Shown: piece after piece, positions 1 to 9,561 of the stretch
Layout: each line of letters opens with the position of its first letter
Position numbering within the stretch: the stretch's first letter is position 1
Origin: a virus
IMG/VR virus record: IMGVR_UViG_3300045988_130413
Length of the DNA: 64,000 nucleotides
Reading direction: 5' to 3' (one strand)
Made by a program: the position numbers and the translations under genes
Notes under the pieces: generated by a model
Database searches by the model: none
What the model saw: only the letters and a program-made list of their open reading frames with translations
Told to the model about the DNA's origin: nothing

Positions 1-2611
1 AATCCCAATAAATAGGATTCCAATTTGTTGCAATATATAATGTTTGAACACCAATGAAACTATAAGCCAAAGCATGAATAACACTAAATGAATAACCCAT
101 CTGTGGACCAACTCCACATTTCCATACATACTGGCCAAGTTTCTCACTTGCCGCCTGTGCCAATACTTTTTCATGTAAAGCTGGAATTTTATTCATCTGC
201 TTTTTACCAACAATCTTACGAGCCGCATTTGCTTCTCCAAGACTGAAGTGACAAATCTTATCATCCATCAACATTCTCATTAACTGTTCCTGTGAAGGTG
301 GAACTCCATAAGAACTCTTAAAGTAAGGTTCAAGAGTTTTTTGCTCTTCTTTGGTAAGACCAAATCTTGTCATTTCATCATACCATAATTGAATGTTTTG
401 TTTAAAACGATAATATTTATCCATCGGGCGTTCTTCTCCATCTTCGCCCATAAGTCTCATTAAACCATTCGCATCCGCCATTTCCAATACATTCTGAGGT
501 TTTAATTTCTTTGCAACCTGCGCACCAACCTGAGAATCAAACTGGAAAGTATTAATAACAGATACTTTACCCAATGCATCCCAAATCTTCTGATCATTTA
601 AAGGTAAAACATTAGGATGAAAATATTTATCATAGACTTCCCGCAAACTTAATTCTGGCTCAATTTCATTATCCTCTTGGAGTAATTGAATAGTTTGAAC
701 TAACTTATCCTGAACCTCAGTTACAAGAAAATCATATTTTGTTAATCCCATATACTCTGCATCATGTAAGTCAAACTGAGTAGTAATCTCACCTTTTGGA
801 GTTTTCATAAAAGCACTATGCTCAAATGGGTCATCTCCAAATAAAATTACACCAGATGCATGAGAACCTCTATGGTTTACAAGACCTTCAATAGCTACAA
901 TAATATCCAATAAACCTGGATATTTATTTACTTCATTTACAAATGTCTTAACTGGCTTACGGCCTTTTTCTGGATTTCCATAAACAACTTCTTTAATTGT
1001 CCATAAAAATCCTCTTTCCTCTGGAATTAATGAACTCATATACTGAGCTTCATCAACGTCAATTCCTTCTGGATAATCCTCACTTCTATAACCTCTACAA
1101 GCTGTCTGAATTGCAGATTTAGTTCCTTCTGTACCGAATGTTGCTACAAGAGTACATCCAAGATTTTTCTTTGCCCATTCCATGATATTATCATAGAACA
1201 TCTTTCCACGCTCTTCTTTAATCTTACGAAGAATCTCCGGACGTTTAGATGGGCATATGTCGATATCAATATCGCCAAGTTCAATTCTCTCTTCGTTGAG
1301 GTAACGGAAGAAAGGTAAATCCCACTCGATTGGGTCCAACTGAGTAATTCCCATAAGGTAATGATTAAGTGCGGCACAACTGGAACCACGACCAGCACCT
1401 ACCATTGAACCGCAATCCCAAATCATATCAATATAATGTTGAAGTGTATTTGGATAACGGAACATATTTGTTTCAAGTTTTTCACTAATGATACTTTTAA
1501 CTCGTGCTTCTTCTTCAAGTTCATCAAGATAACGTCTATCATTAATTTTTTCAAGTTTTTCAAGCTGATTTAAACACTCATTTACCCAATAACGATTCTG
1601 AATATCATCATCCATTAACATTGCAGATAAATGTGGATATTGTTTAAATCCTCTTACTTTTGGATAATCTTTAACTTCTACAGATGGAATATCCTGCTTA
1701 TGAAAAAGACTATAATATTCAATTTTATTTTGTAAATCTAAAGTGTTTTCAAAAATTACATCTACATATCCATCTGGAAAACATGGAGATAATAACTCTT
1801 CTACTTCATCGCTATCCATAAGTCTGGCAAATTCATAAAAGTCATCAACTTCACGCTCTCCACCTTTTGAATTAAGATATGCTTTATGAATCATTCTATC
1901 TTCTTTTGTTAAATAATGAGAGTCAGTTCCAACAACCATTTTAACATTATATGCAGTTGCAATTTTAAATAACTGAGAATTTACAGTCATTTGGTCTTCT
2001 TTATTAGATGGAGCGCATTCAATATAAAAATCATCTTCAAATAAGTCCAGAACAAAATCCATAAAATCTTGAATCTTTTTCTGAAACTCCATTGCCATCT
2101 TTTGGTCATTTACTTTTAATGCTTCTGCATATAATAAAGACCATGAAGATAATTCTCCACCAATACATGCACTTGTTGCAATTAAATGACCTTTATAATG
2201 TTTTACAATCTCAGTTAATTCATCTTTTAAAGTCGGAACTCTTTCCATACCTCTATCCATATATGAATAATACCAAGTTGTAGAACTTAACTCTCTTAAT
2301 GCTTTATGACCGATTGCATCTTTAGCAATTAAAATAAAGTGATAATATTTCTGACCATGATTTCTTGTATCAGTTAAATAAATCTCATTTCCTAATCCAA
2401 TCACAAAATCAGGATTTGTCTCTCTTAATTCCGTTGCAATTTTATTTATTTCAACGTGCGCACAAAGGGCCTCATGGTCAGTTATACAGATACCACTAAG
2501 TCCTAATTCGATTGCTTTATTGATTAAATCTTTTGGGTGATTGGTTGAATCCAAAAGACGTAAGTTTGAATACTCTGTATGGTTATGACAATTAAACCAC
2601 TTTTTGCTCAT
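1..2611 (-). CDS. dnaE: DNA polymerase III alpha subunit (DnaE-like), N-terminal PHP domain; 5' part only, C-terminus lies beyond window start
   Basis: Manual translation from ATG at 2611 gives MSKKWFNCHNHTEYSNLRLLDST...ITDHEALCAH (PHP domain) and an open frame to position 1 with no stop; SD AAGGAG upstream; not in ORF track because it runs off the window. Confidence 0.85.
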   Translation of the reverse strand, partial: MSKKWFNCHNHTEYSNLRLLDSTNHPKDLINKAIELGLSGICITDHEALCAHVEINKIATELRETNPDFVIGLGNEIYLTDTRNHGQKYYHFILIAKDAIGHKALRELSSTTWYYSYMDRGMERVPTLKDELTEIVKHYKGHLIATSACIGGELSSWSLLYAEALKVNDQKMAMEFQKKIQDFMDFVLDLFEDDFYIECAPSNKEDQMTVNSQLFKIATAYNVKMVVGTDSHYLTKEDRMIHKAYLNSKGGEREVDDFYEFARLMDSDEVEELLSPCFPDGYVDVIFENTLDLQNKIEYYSLFHKQDIPSVEVKDYPKVRGFKQYPHLSAMLMDDDIQNRYWVNECLNQLEKLEKINDRRYLDELEEEARVKSIISEKLETNMFRYPNTLQHYIDMIWDCGSMVGAGRGSSCAALNHYLMGITQLDPIEWDLPFFRYLNEERIELGDIDIDICPSKRPEILRKIKEERGKMFYDNIMEWAKKNLGCTLVATFGTEGTKSAIQTACRGYRSEDYPEGIDVDEAQYMSSLIPEERGFLWTIKEVVYGNPEKGRKPVKTFVNEVNKYPGLLDIIVAIEGLVNHRGSHASGVILFGDDPFEHSAFMKTPKGEITTQFDLHDAEYMGLTKYDFLVTEVQDKLVQTIQLLQEDNEIEPELSLREVYDKYFHPNVLPLNDQKIWDALGKVSVINTFQFDSQVGAQVAKKLKPQNVLEMADANGLMRLMGEDGEERPMDKYYRFKQNIQLWYDEMTRFGLTKEEQKTLEPYFKSSYGVPPSQEQLMRMLMDDKICHFSLGEANAARKIVGKKQMNKIPALHEKVLAQAASEKLGQYVWKCGVGPQMGYSFSVIHALAYSFIGVQTLYIATNWNPIYWD

Positions 2612-2659
2612 TTATTATTTTCCTCTATCTATACTATTCTCAATTATATAAATATTATA

Positions 2660-3301
2660 TCATATTTTTTCAATACTGTCAAAAGGATATTCTTTTCCTG
2701 TGATTTCACTACAGATAGTATTCCATGAATAAAATAATGGTTGATAAACTGGTGGAATCCATTCAAAAGAAGAACAAATAATTAAAACATCTGGAGCATA
2801 TTTGTCATCTTCTAAATTAAAGTCTTTTAAGACATAATCTTCTGTAACATATCTTGCGGCCTCGCTTGGATAAGGGTCAGAATTTTCATTGTGAATCCAA
2901 TAAAAAGTATCAACCATTTTCTTATCTCTTGCATATTTGACCCAATTACTTAAATCATATTTAAACATTGGGCGCATCCAGTCCGCAGACTCCATATCAT
3001 ATCCTAAGTCATGATGATGGTCAATATTATATAAATCAATCTGCTCATCATGAGGAATCGTTTTAAGAATATCAATCACTTTATCATGGCTATTTACAAA
3101 ATAAATTTCTTGATTTTGCTTTGCCGCACGTACAATATAACGAGTTAGATAATCATAAATATATAAATTGGCGGGGATATTTGTAAGAAATGAAAATTTA
3201 TCTACATAATCTTTCATTGGGTCTTCAATATCCACCATATTATTATAAAAACTAATACTTGGTTCCATAATAATATCAAAATCTATTGTAACTACATTCA
3301 T
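2660..3301 (-). CDS. hypothetical protein
   Basis: 213-aa ORF, compact spacing with neighbours, no recognisable motif. Confidence 0.4.
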   Translation of the reverse strand: MNVVTIDFDIIMEPSISFYNNMVDIEDPMKDYVDKFSFLTNIPANLYIYDYLTRYIVRAAKQNQEIYFVNSHDKVIDILKTIPHDEQIDLYNIDHHHDLGYDMESADWMRPMFKYDLSNWVKYARDKKMVDTFYWIHNENSDPYPSEAARYVTEDYVLKDFNLEDDKYAPDVLIICSSFEWIPPVYQPLFYSWNTICSEITGKEYPFDSIEKI

Positions 3302-3302
3302 A

Positions 3303-4491
3303 TTATTTTCTCCTTACAATCACTTTTTCAGATGCTCTGGTTATTGCAGTATAAAGCCATCTTGCATGTTCTAACCTTACTCTTGGAAATGGCTCTTCAA
3401 GAACTAAAACATTATCCCATTCAGAACCTTGAGCCTTATGTCCCGTAATTCCATATCCATAAGTAAAAAATTTTGGAACTAAATCTCCAACTCTTTCACG
3501 ATACTTACCAATTTTATAAATATCTCTATTATCAAGACATCTTGCTCCATGAGTAAGCATAGTTTTATCCAGATATAAATCTTTATAAATATCTCCTTCA
3601 TCAGTCTCCATATCGCATTGAATGGCTTGTACTGATGGGACAGAAGCTCCAATCCAATATGGGAAATAAATAAATCTATTTTTAGGGTTTTTTAAATAGC
3701 CAATGGTACCATTAACTAAGGCATTATGGTCATCACTAATATCTTCCCAATAATTTTGTCTACAAAGAATTTTATCTCCATCTTCTGGAAGCGGGCCTCT
3801 TCCCAACAGATTTCTTGCATAAACATTAATCTCTTCAACTGCGGCATTGGTTCCACAAATAATCTGATCAGCCCAAAGCACCATACCAGCTTCATAATCT
3901 TTTTGGTCAATTACTTGAACATTTTTTCCTTTAAATAGCTCTAAAGGTTTCATTTCTCGAATGTCAATGCTAAGTCTAATAATTTCAGAATCTGCGGCCT
4001 GCCGCATAATTTCATCTAAGAAAATATGAGGGTTATCAAGTAAGTGATTATCTTGGTCTTTCTCTATTGGAGGAATCTGAAATGGATCGCCTAAACAAAT
4101 AACATACACCTTATGTTTAAAAAGCTGTTGCATCATACCTACTGGCACCATTGAAATCTCATCCACTACAATAATACTATATTCAATAGTAGATTTTGGC
4201 TTTCTAAAAAAACCTCCACCTGGTCTTGGGATATGCTCATAAAGTAATTTATGTAAAGTGCAAGCATTCTTATTTCCCTTTTTACGAAGAACTTCTGCTG
4301 CCTTACCGGTAAAAGTGGCATATGCCACTTTACTCGGATCGACATCAAGGGCCTCGATGATGAACTTCACGAGTGTGGACTTACCAGTACCTACCTTAGG
4401 CGTAGCCAGCAATCACAGTATATTTTTCATTACTGTGAAATCTGGCTACGGCAATTTTCAAACCTTCGAGTTGTTTTTTAGTTAACTCCAT
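3303..4491 (-). CDS. Dda/RecD-like SF1B DNA helicase; requires +1 frameshift near 4405-4412
   Basis: Walker A VGTGKST, Walker B VVDEISMV, C-terminal GHKAQGSEW; the ORF track starts at a TTG with no RBS, but 31 upstream codons (MELTKKQLEGLKIAVARFHSNEKYTVIAGYA) with a strong AAGGAGG RBS at ATG 4491 lie in the +1 frame and end at TAA 4405. Confidence 0.7.
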
Positions 4492-5020
4492 AAGATTCTA
4501 CTTCCTCCTTTTCTTCTAAATTTAACTCATCTAAAGACCAAAGTCCTGCATGGAATTCTTTATGACAATTAGAGCATAATAGAATACATTTTTTACTTTC
4601 TTCAACAGCCTCTTTTAATTTAAAATGGTCATTGCTAATAGTAAAATCCTTCTGAGATGGGTCTAAATGATGAAATTCAAGTGCTTTAAGACATTTATTA
4701 TACCCACATCTTATGCATTTTCCACCTCTGGCCTCTTTTATTTTTGCTAAAAAAGCTCCTCTTGTTAGTTGAACACCTTCTGGCATACAATCATAACAAC
4801 ACATTCTTTGATTAGCTGCAGCACTTTTAGGAATAAATTTTTTACCACATATCGGACATTCTTTTTCTTGCAATCCTTTATTATGAGGATCTAATCCAGC
4901 TGCTTTAGCTTCAGCATATTTTTTTCGTCTTGCAGCATTCATACATTCATTACTGCAATATTTTTTAGTTGATTTCTGTGCTTCAAATTCTTTTCCGCAC
5001 ACTGTACAAATTACTTTCAT
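4478..5020 (-). CDS. HNH endonuclease with CxxC zinc fingers
   Basis: Multiple CxxC pairs; HNH-like region LEFHHLDPSQKD...LLCSNCHKEFH. Confidence 0.65.
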   Translation of the reverse strand: MKVICTVCGKEFEAQKSTKKYCSNECMNAARRKKYAEAKAAGLDPHNKGLQEKECPICGKKFIPKSAAANQRMCCYDCMPEGVQLTRGAFLAKIKEARGGKCIRCGYNKCLKALEFHHLDPSQKDFTISNDHFKLKEAVEESKKCILLCSNCHKEFHAGLWSLDELNLEEKEEVESYGVN

Positions 5021-5128
5021 TTCATAAATTCTCCTTTTTAATAATATATTTTATTTCTTATATATTATTAAAATTTTTAAATAATACTTTCGTTAGTTTT
5101 GTCCTAACTTTTTTCTCTTTCCGCGTAT

Positions 5129-5386
5129 CTAACCATTTATTTCATTACTCTCTTTCATATACATTAATCTGATCATTTGCTGTTTAAATGGCGTTGGAAT
5201 CCTATGATAACGCCAATATAAACATACTCGCTCTTTTTTAAATCCCATTATCTTAAAATTTCCATTCCATAAATATGAACTTTTCATATATGTTTTCATG
5301 GAAATTGAGAATATATCGCTTTTAGTTAATTTAAAAGCTCTAATTGAGTCATTATTTGTTTGATCGAAGTGGGTGGTCTTCTGCAT
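5129..5386 (-). CDS. hypothetical small protein
   Basis: 85-aa ORF, overlaps neighbour by 35 nt. Confidence 0.25.
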   Translation of the reverse strand: MQKTTHFDQTNNDSIRAFKLTKSDIFSISMKTYMKSSYLWNGNFKIMGFKKERVCLYWRYHRIPTPFKQQMIRLMYMKESNEING

Positions 5387-5657
5387 GGGCTTCTAATATC
5401 TCCTCTAATACGTTATAAAAATGCATACACTGACCATCTTCCCAAGCTTTACGGGAAAAATGTCTACCTTCTTTTAATGCTTCTCTTTCTTTATATTCAC
5501 CAAGCTCTTTGATAGCCATAGCATATCGAAAATATAAACTATCAAAAGCAAAATTAATTCTTTCAAGTAAAATTTTATTTAACTGGTCTCTATTGATTAC
5601 TGTTACATCTAATTTATTTTTTAATTCTTCAGCTTCTCTTATCATAATACATACCAT
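5352..5657 (-). CDS. hypothetical protein
   Basis: ORF preceded by TTGATT-17-TGGTATAAT promoter and AAAGGGATGG RBS. Confidence 0.4.
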   Translation of the reverse strand: MVCIMIREAEELKNKLDVTVINRDQLNKILLERINFAFDSLYFRYAMAIKELGEYKEREALKEGRHFSRKAWEDGQCMHFYNVLEEILEAHAEDHPLRSNK

Positions 5658-5817
5658 CCCTTTTGATTATATAAATATTATACCATTTTTTAAGTAAAAA
5701 ATCAATATAAGGCATTTTTGGTGAAAAATTTCTAAGACCACTTTTTATTTTGGATTACGGTTGTTAGGACCCATCACCGCCGGAAGACCTGCTATTCTCG
5801 CATATGGGTACAAAAAT

Positions 5818-5840
5818 ATGGCGTACATTATATACGCCAT
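5818..5840 (-). terminator. rho-independent terminator hairpin downstream of recJ-like gene
   Basis: ATGGCGTA-loop-TACGCCAT followed by U-run on minus strand. Confidence 0.5.
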
Positions 5841-5846
5841 ATAATT

Positions 5847-7679
5847 TTAAAAATAATATTTAGTCTCTCCAGTAATTTCATAATCGCTAACTTTAATCTG
5901 AGGAGTTATACGACCATTCCACTCATTAATTGCACAAGTTCCTATAACTGTAACATTTTTACTACCAGTAGCATTAGTAGGAAGTAATGAATCAAATTCT
6001 TCATCAGTAATTCTAAATTTAATTAAGCTTGTTCCATTGGGTAAAGTGATTTTAAATGAAGGACATCTGCCGCCTTTTCCCATATAAGATAAATTATCTT
6101 TAGTTACTTTGATATTCTTAATTACAACAATTGGTTCCGCAAGCTCTTGTCCCCAAATAGTATTTAATTCAGCTAAATCAATAATATCATTTGCTTTAAA
6201 GTCATTTGCATCCCAGATAAAATCAACTTTTTGACATGGTGTAAATGAACATTCTTTTAAAGCTTCATTTGAATACTGAATAAAATCACTAAACTTCTCT
6301 TCTGGAATAGCTGCACCAAATGCATTAGGATGGCCTTCTGCAAGACTGGCATAACCGCTATCTCGAATAAATGTTCTTAAATCATTAAAATTAGAAGTTT
6401 CATAGCTTCTGCCAGAACCTTCTAAACTAATACTACCATCCTCTTGTGGATGTTCCATAAGAATAAGAAATGGATGATTATATTTAGCCATTAATTGGTT
6501 TGCAATAAGTCCAGTTAAGTTTTTATTTATTGCTCCAGCAGCAAGCTTAACTGCAATAATTTTATTTTCTTCAAGAGATTTATCTTTTATAATTCTTTCA
6601 ATCGTTTGAAGACTTGCATCAATAGCTTTAGACTGATTACGTTTAATATTTGTGCAATTGCGGCAAGCCTGCTCTACACGAGTTTCAAACTGACCTTTAC
6701 ACCCTCTTTTAGTAGAAGGAATTTGGTCATAAGCCTTAAAATCTAACATAGATTCAAAAAGCATAAGTTTCTCATTCGCAGAACCCATACGAATAGTTCC
6801 ATTTATTTGCGGCGCAATATAAAAACTAACTGCAAATGGACATAAGCCTCCTGCTCGGCTAATGGAATAATCTTGTACCTTTACCATCTCTTTAAAGAAT
6901 GGGTTTTCAACAGATGCTAAGCCAAGATTAATAATTTCTCTTGTTTCAAAATCTCTAATATCCATCATATCTGCAATGATTCCAAGTGCTGCCAAATCAA
7001 GATAATAACTTGCCCAATCTGTTCCCATGATTGAATCAAAATAAGAACAAAATTTATAAACCATACCTACACCAGATAAGGACTTAGTTGGATAATCACA
7101 TAATTGATTATTTATTACACATGCATCTTCTGAAACCTTTTCAGCTTCATGATGGTCAATAACCAATACATCAATACCAAGTTCTTTAAGCTTTTTATGT
7201 ACTTCATAATTATTACTTGACGAATCTGGTGCAATAATTAGCTTATAATCTTCATTTATAAAATCTGGAATAAACTCTTCATAAAGTCCGTGCTGTTTAC
7301 CAGAATGTAATCCATATGAAATTTTTGTCTGAGTATATCCTGGAAATAATCGGTTTAAATAGTTAATAAGGAATGCCGCAGATGTGAAACCATCACAGTC
7401 ACTATCTACTTGAATATAAATCTTATCCTGTTGGCTAATATGTTTTGCCAACATTCTTACTCCTTCATCTATATTCATAATTAAACCGGGGTCTAAAATA
7501 TCTTCTTTAGTTGTATTAAGATAATGAGGAATGTCTTTTGGGTCTACTCCTCGTATTGCAAATACCCGCTCTACCACTGTATATTCATTTTTAATTGGGA
7601 GCAATGGCGTTTTAAGTTGATAATCCATATTTGATTTCAACCTCCTTTCATTTTGTCCATCACACTCCCTTATCATCAA
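5847..7679 (-). CDS. recJ: RecJ-like single-stranded DNA exonuclease (DHH family)
   Basis: DHH motifs VDSDCDGFTSAA and LVIDHHE, 610 aa. Confidence 0.75.
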   Translation of the reverse strand: MMIRECDGQNERRLKSNMDYQLKTPLLPIKNEYTVVERVFAIRGVDPKDIPHYLNTTKEDILDPGLIMNIDEGVRMLAKHISQQDKIYIQVDSDCDGFTSAAFLINYLNRLFPGYTQTKISYGLHSGKQHGLYEEFIPDFINEDYKLIIAPDSSSNNYEVHKKLKELGIDVLVIDHHEAEKVSEDACVINNQLCDYPTKSLSGVGMVYKFCSYFDSIMGTDWASYYLDLAALGIIADMMDIRDFETREIINLGLASVENPFFKEMVKVQDYSISRAGGLCPFAVSFYIAPQINGTIRMGSANEKLMLFESMLDFKAYDQIPSTKRGCKGQFETRVEQACRNCTNIKRNQSKAIDASLQTIERIIKDKSLEENKIIAVKLAAGAINKNLTGLIANQLMAKYNHPFLILMEHPQEDGSISLEGSGRSYETSNFNDLRTFIRDSGYASLAEGHPNAFGAAIPEEKFSDFIQYSNEALKECSFTPCQKVDFIWDANDFKANDIIDLAELNTIWGQELAEPIVVIKNIKVTKDNLSYMGKGGRCPSFKITLPNGTSLIKFRITDEEFDSLLPTNATGSKNVTVIGTCAINEWNGRITPQIKVSDYEITGETKYYF

Positions 7680-7962
7680 AATTAATTTTATTCACTGAAC
7701 TAACTTCTTTTCCATATCTAGCTTTTTCTTCAAGGGATTTTTTCATTTCATTTAACATACCTACAAATTCATTAAATTCCCAATAATCTTGAAAAGTAAA
7801 ACTAATCATATTTGCATCAATAATATCTAATACTTCCCTATGCGCCCGAGAAAACTTACATTTGGCACCATATCTATCTCCATGAATAGGCACTTCTATA
7901 CTAAAGCCGGCATAATCTCTTAATGGATATTTATTAGGGTTAAAAGGTTCATCTACTATCAT
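7660..7962 (-). CDS. hypothetical protein
   Basis: 100-aa ORF overlapping neighbours by a few nt (operon-style). Confidence 0.4.
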   Translation of the reverse strand: MIVDEPFNPNKYPLRDYAGFSIEVPIHGDRYGAKCKFSRAHREVLDIIDANMISFTFQDYWEFNEFVGMLNEMKKSLEEKARYGKEVSSVNKINFDDKGV

Positions 7963-9065
7963 AATAAAATCCTTTCTTTAAATAATATAAGAAATTTTTC
8001 AGATCCTTCATCTATTGGACTTGCTTTATATCCAGTAATCATATTCTTATCAAATATAAAGCTAATATTTACATCATTCTTATATTTATCATTAATTCTT
8101 GTAAGATTTCTTGTTAAGTGTTTAAATTCTTTATCTCCAATTTCTTGAAACTGTCTATCAAAAGCAATAATAATTTCTTTTGCCCCAGCATCTTTTAATA
8201 ATTGAATTTGTCTTGCGGACAAGCTTGAACCGCAACAAGCAACTGAAATATTATTATCCCAACCAAAATAACTTGCATACATCAACACAGATTTTTCAGA
8301 TTCAAAAACAATAGCTTTTCCCATTGTTTTAATATTATTTTTGCTCCAATTTAAACCATATAAATTCATTCCAAGAGGATGATTATATAATAGTTTATTA
8401 ACTCGCATGGGTCTATATTTACCATATATTTCAGCCTCATCCGCAATTAAAGTTCTACCTCTTAAACCAATGAATCTACCATTAACATCGAAATGCGGAA
8501 TTGTAATTTGGTCTGCTCCTGGATAATAACCTATCTGAGCAAGTTTCATAACTTCATTAGTTATTCCCTCTTTTATCCAAGGCATAATAAGAACATTATA
8601 ATTAAATCGTGTTAAAATATCTGTATTAAATTCTTTTAATTCTATCTTATTTTCTCTTAACTCTATTTCTTTTATTTTTTCATAATTCGCTAAAAGTTTC
8701 CAATCTTCAATTTTATCATCAGATTCAGAACCATCTTCATTTTTTCCTGCGATACCGAATCTTCTTGCAACCCAACGTACCGCATCATTTAAGTCATATT
8801 CTTCTGACCATTGAATCTTAGCAACTTTTCTGGTTAATTCAAAAATATCAAAATAACTATCACAACCAGTATAACATCTAAATAAACCTGAATTATTATA
8901 GTAATACAGTTTACGACTTCCTTCTCCTGGTTCATTATGACATATAGTAGAAGAGAGGATTCCAAAGCCAGTATACTCTGGGTCTCCTCCCCACTCTTGC
9001 AATAACTCAAATATATTTTCTAATTCTAAGACTTCTCTAATTTCACTCTTATCATAATTAATCAT
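7959..9065 (-). CDS. dnaG: DnaG-like DNA primase (zinc-binding + TOPRIM)
   Basis: Zn-binding segment CHNEPGEGSRKLYYY...FRCYTGCDSYFDIFEL resembles DnaG CPFHxE...FYHCFGCG; TOPRIM-like IVFESEKS / IIAFDRQ. Confidence 0.6.
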   Translation of the reverse strand: MINYDKSEIREVLELENIFELLQEWGGDPEYTGFGILSSTICHNEPGEGSRKLYYYNNSGLFRCYTGCDSYFDIFELTRKVAKIQWSEEYDLNDAVRWVARRFGIAGKNEDGSESDDKIEDWKLLANYEKIKEIELRENKIELKEFNTDILTRFNYNVLIMPWIKEGITNEVMKLAQIGYYPGADQITIPHFDVNGRFIGLRGRTLIADEAEIYGKYRPMRVNKLLYNHPLGMNLYGLNWSKNNIKTMGKAIVFESEKSVLMYASYFGWDNNISVACCGSSLSARQIQLLKDAGAKEIIIAFDRQFQEIGDKEFKHLTRNLTRINDKYKNDVNISFIFDKNMITGYKASPIDEGSEKFLILFKERILL

Positions 9066-9254
9066 TTACTTTTCACTTTCTGGCCAAAAGAATGTTAAAT
9101 CTGTTATTGCAGTTAAATCTATTCCAGTTTGTTCTTCAAACTCTTTCATTGGACCAGTTATTTTATATTCGTCTGCTGACAGAGTTAATTTTCTGCCAGC
9201 AACGAATTTATCCTGTCCCATAAGTCGAAGAATTGTTATTTCTTGCTTATCCAT
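9066..9254 (-). CDS. hypothetical protein
   Basis: 62-aa ORF abutting primase. Confidence 0.3.
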   Translation of the reverse strand: MDKQEITILRLMGQDKFVAGRKLTLSADEYKITGPMKEFEEQTGIDLTAITDLTFFWPESEK

Positions 9255-9258
9255 AATA

Positions 9259-9561
9259 TTAACCTGGAATAACTCTTACGCAAGTTCCAAGCAATCCGAA
9301 CTGCTCATTTACCCAATTGCAAAGATATACCTGAGTCTCGCCGCCATCTTTCTTACACTCTTTAAGAATGTCCTCATACATAGGAATAGGCATTTTATAT
9401 TCAAACTGCATACCAGCTCTGATTTCTTTTGGAGCTACATACTGACGAGCAACTTTTGCTACTCTACTTTCTTTCTTCTTAGTTTTCTTCTTTGTAAAAT
9501 TGTTTATCTTATAATTTTTCTTACTGTAATTTTTTTCACTCTTCATCATCGTCCCAAGCAC
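9259..9561 (-). CDS. hypothetical lysine-rich protein
   Basis: 100-aa ORF. Confidence 0.35.
   Translation of the reverse strand: MLGTMMKSEKNYSKKNYKINNFTKKKTKKKESRVAKVARQYVAPKEIRAGMQFEYKMPIPMYEDILKECKKDGGETQVYLCNWVNEQFGLLGTCVRVIPG

Noticed and set aside
4412-4412. TTG start of helicase as given by the ORF track
   Set aside because: No RBS; homology and a strong RBS place the true start at ATG 4491 in another frame.
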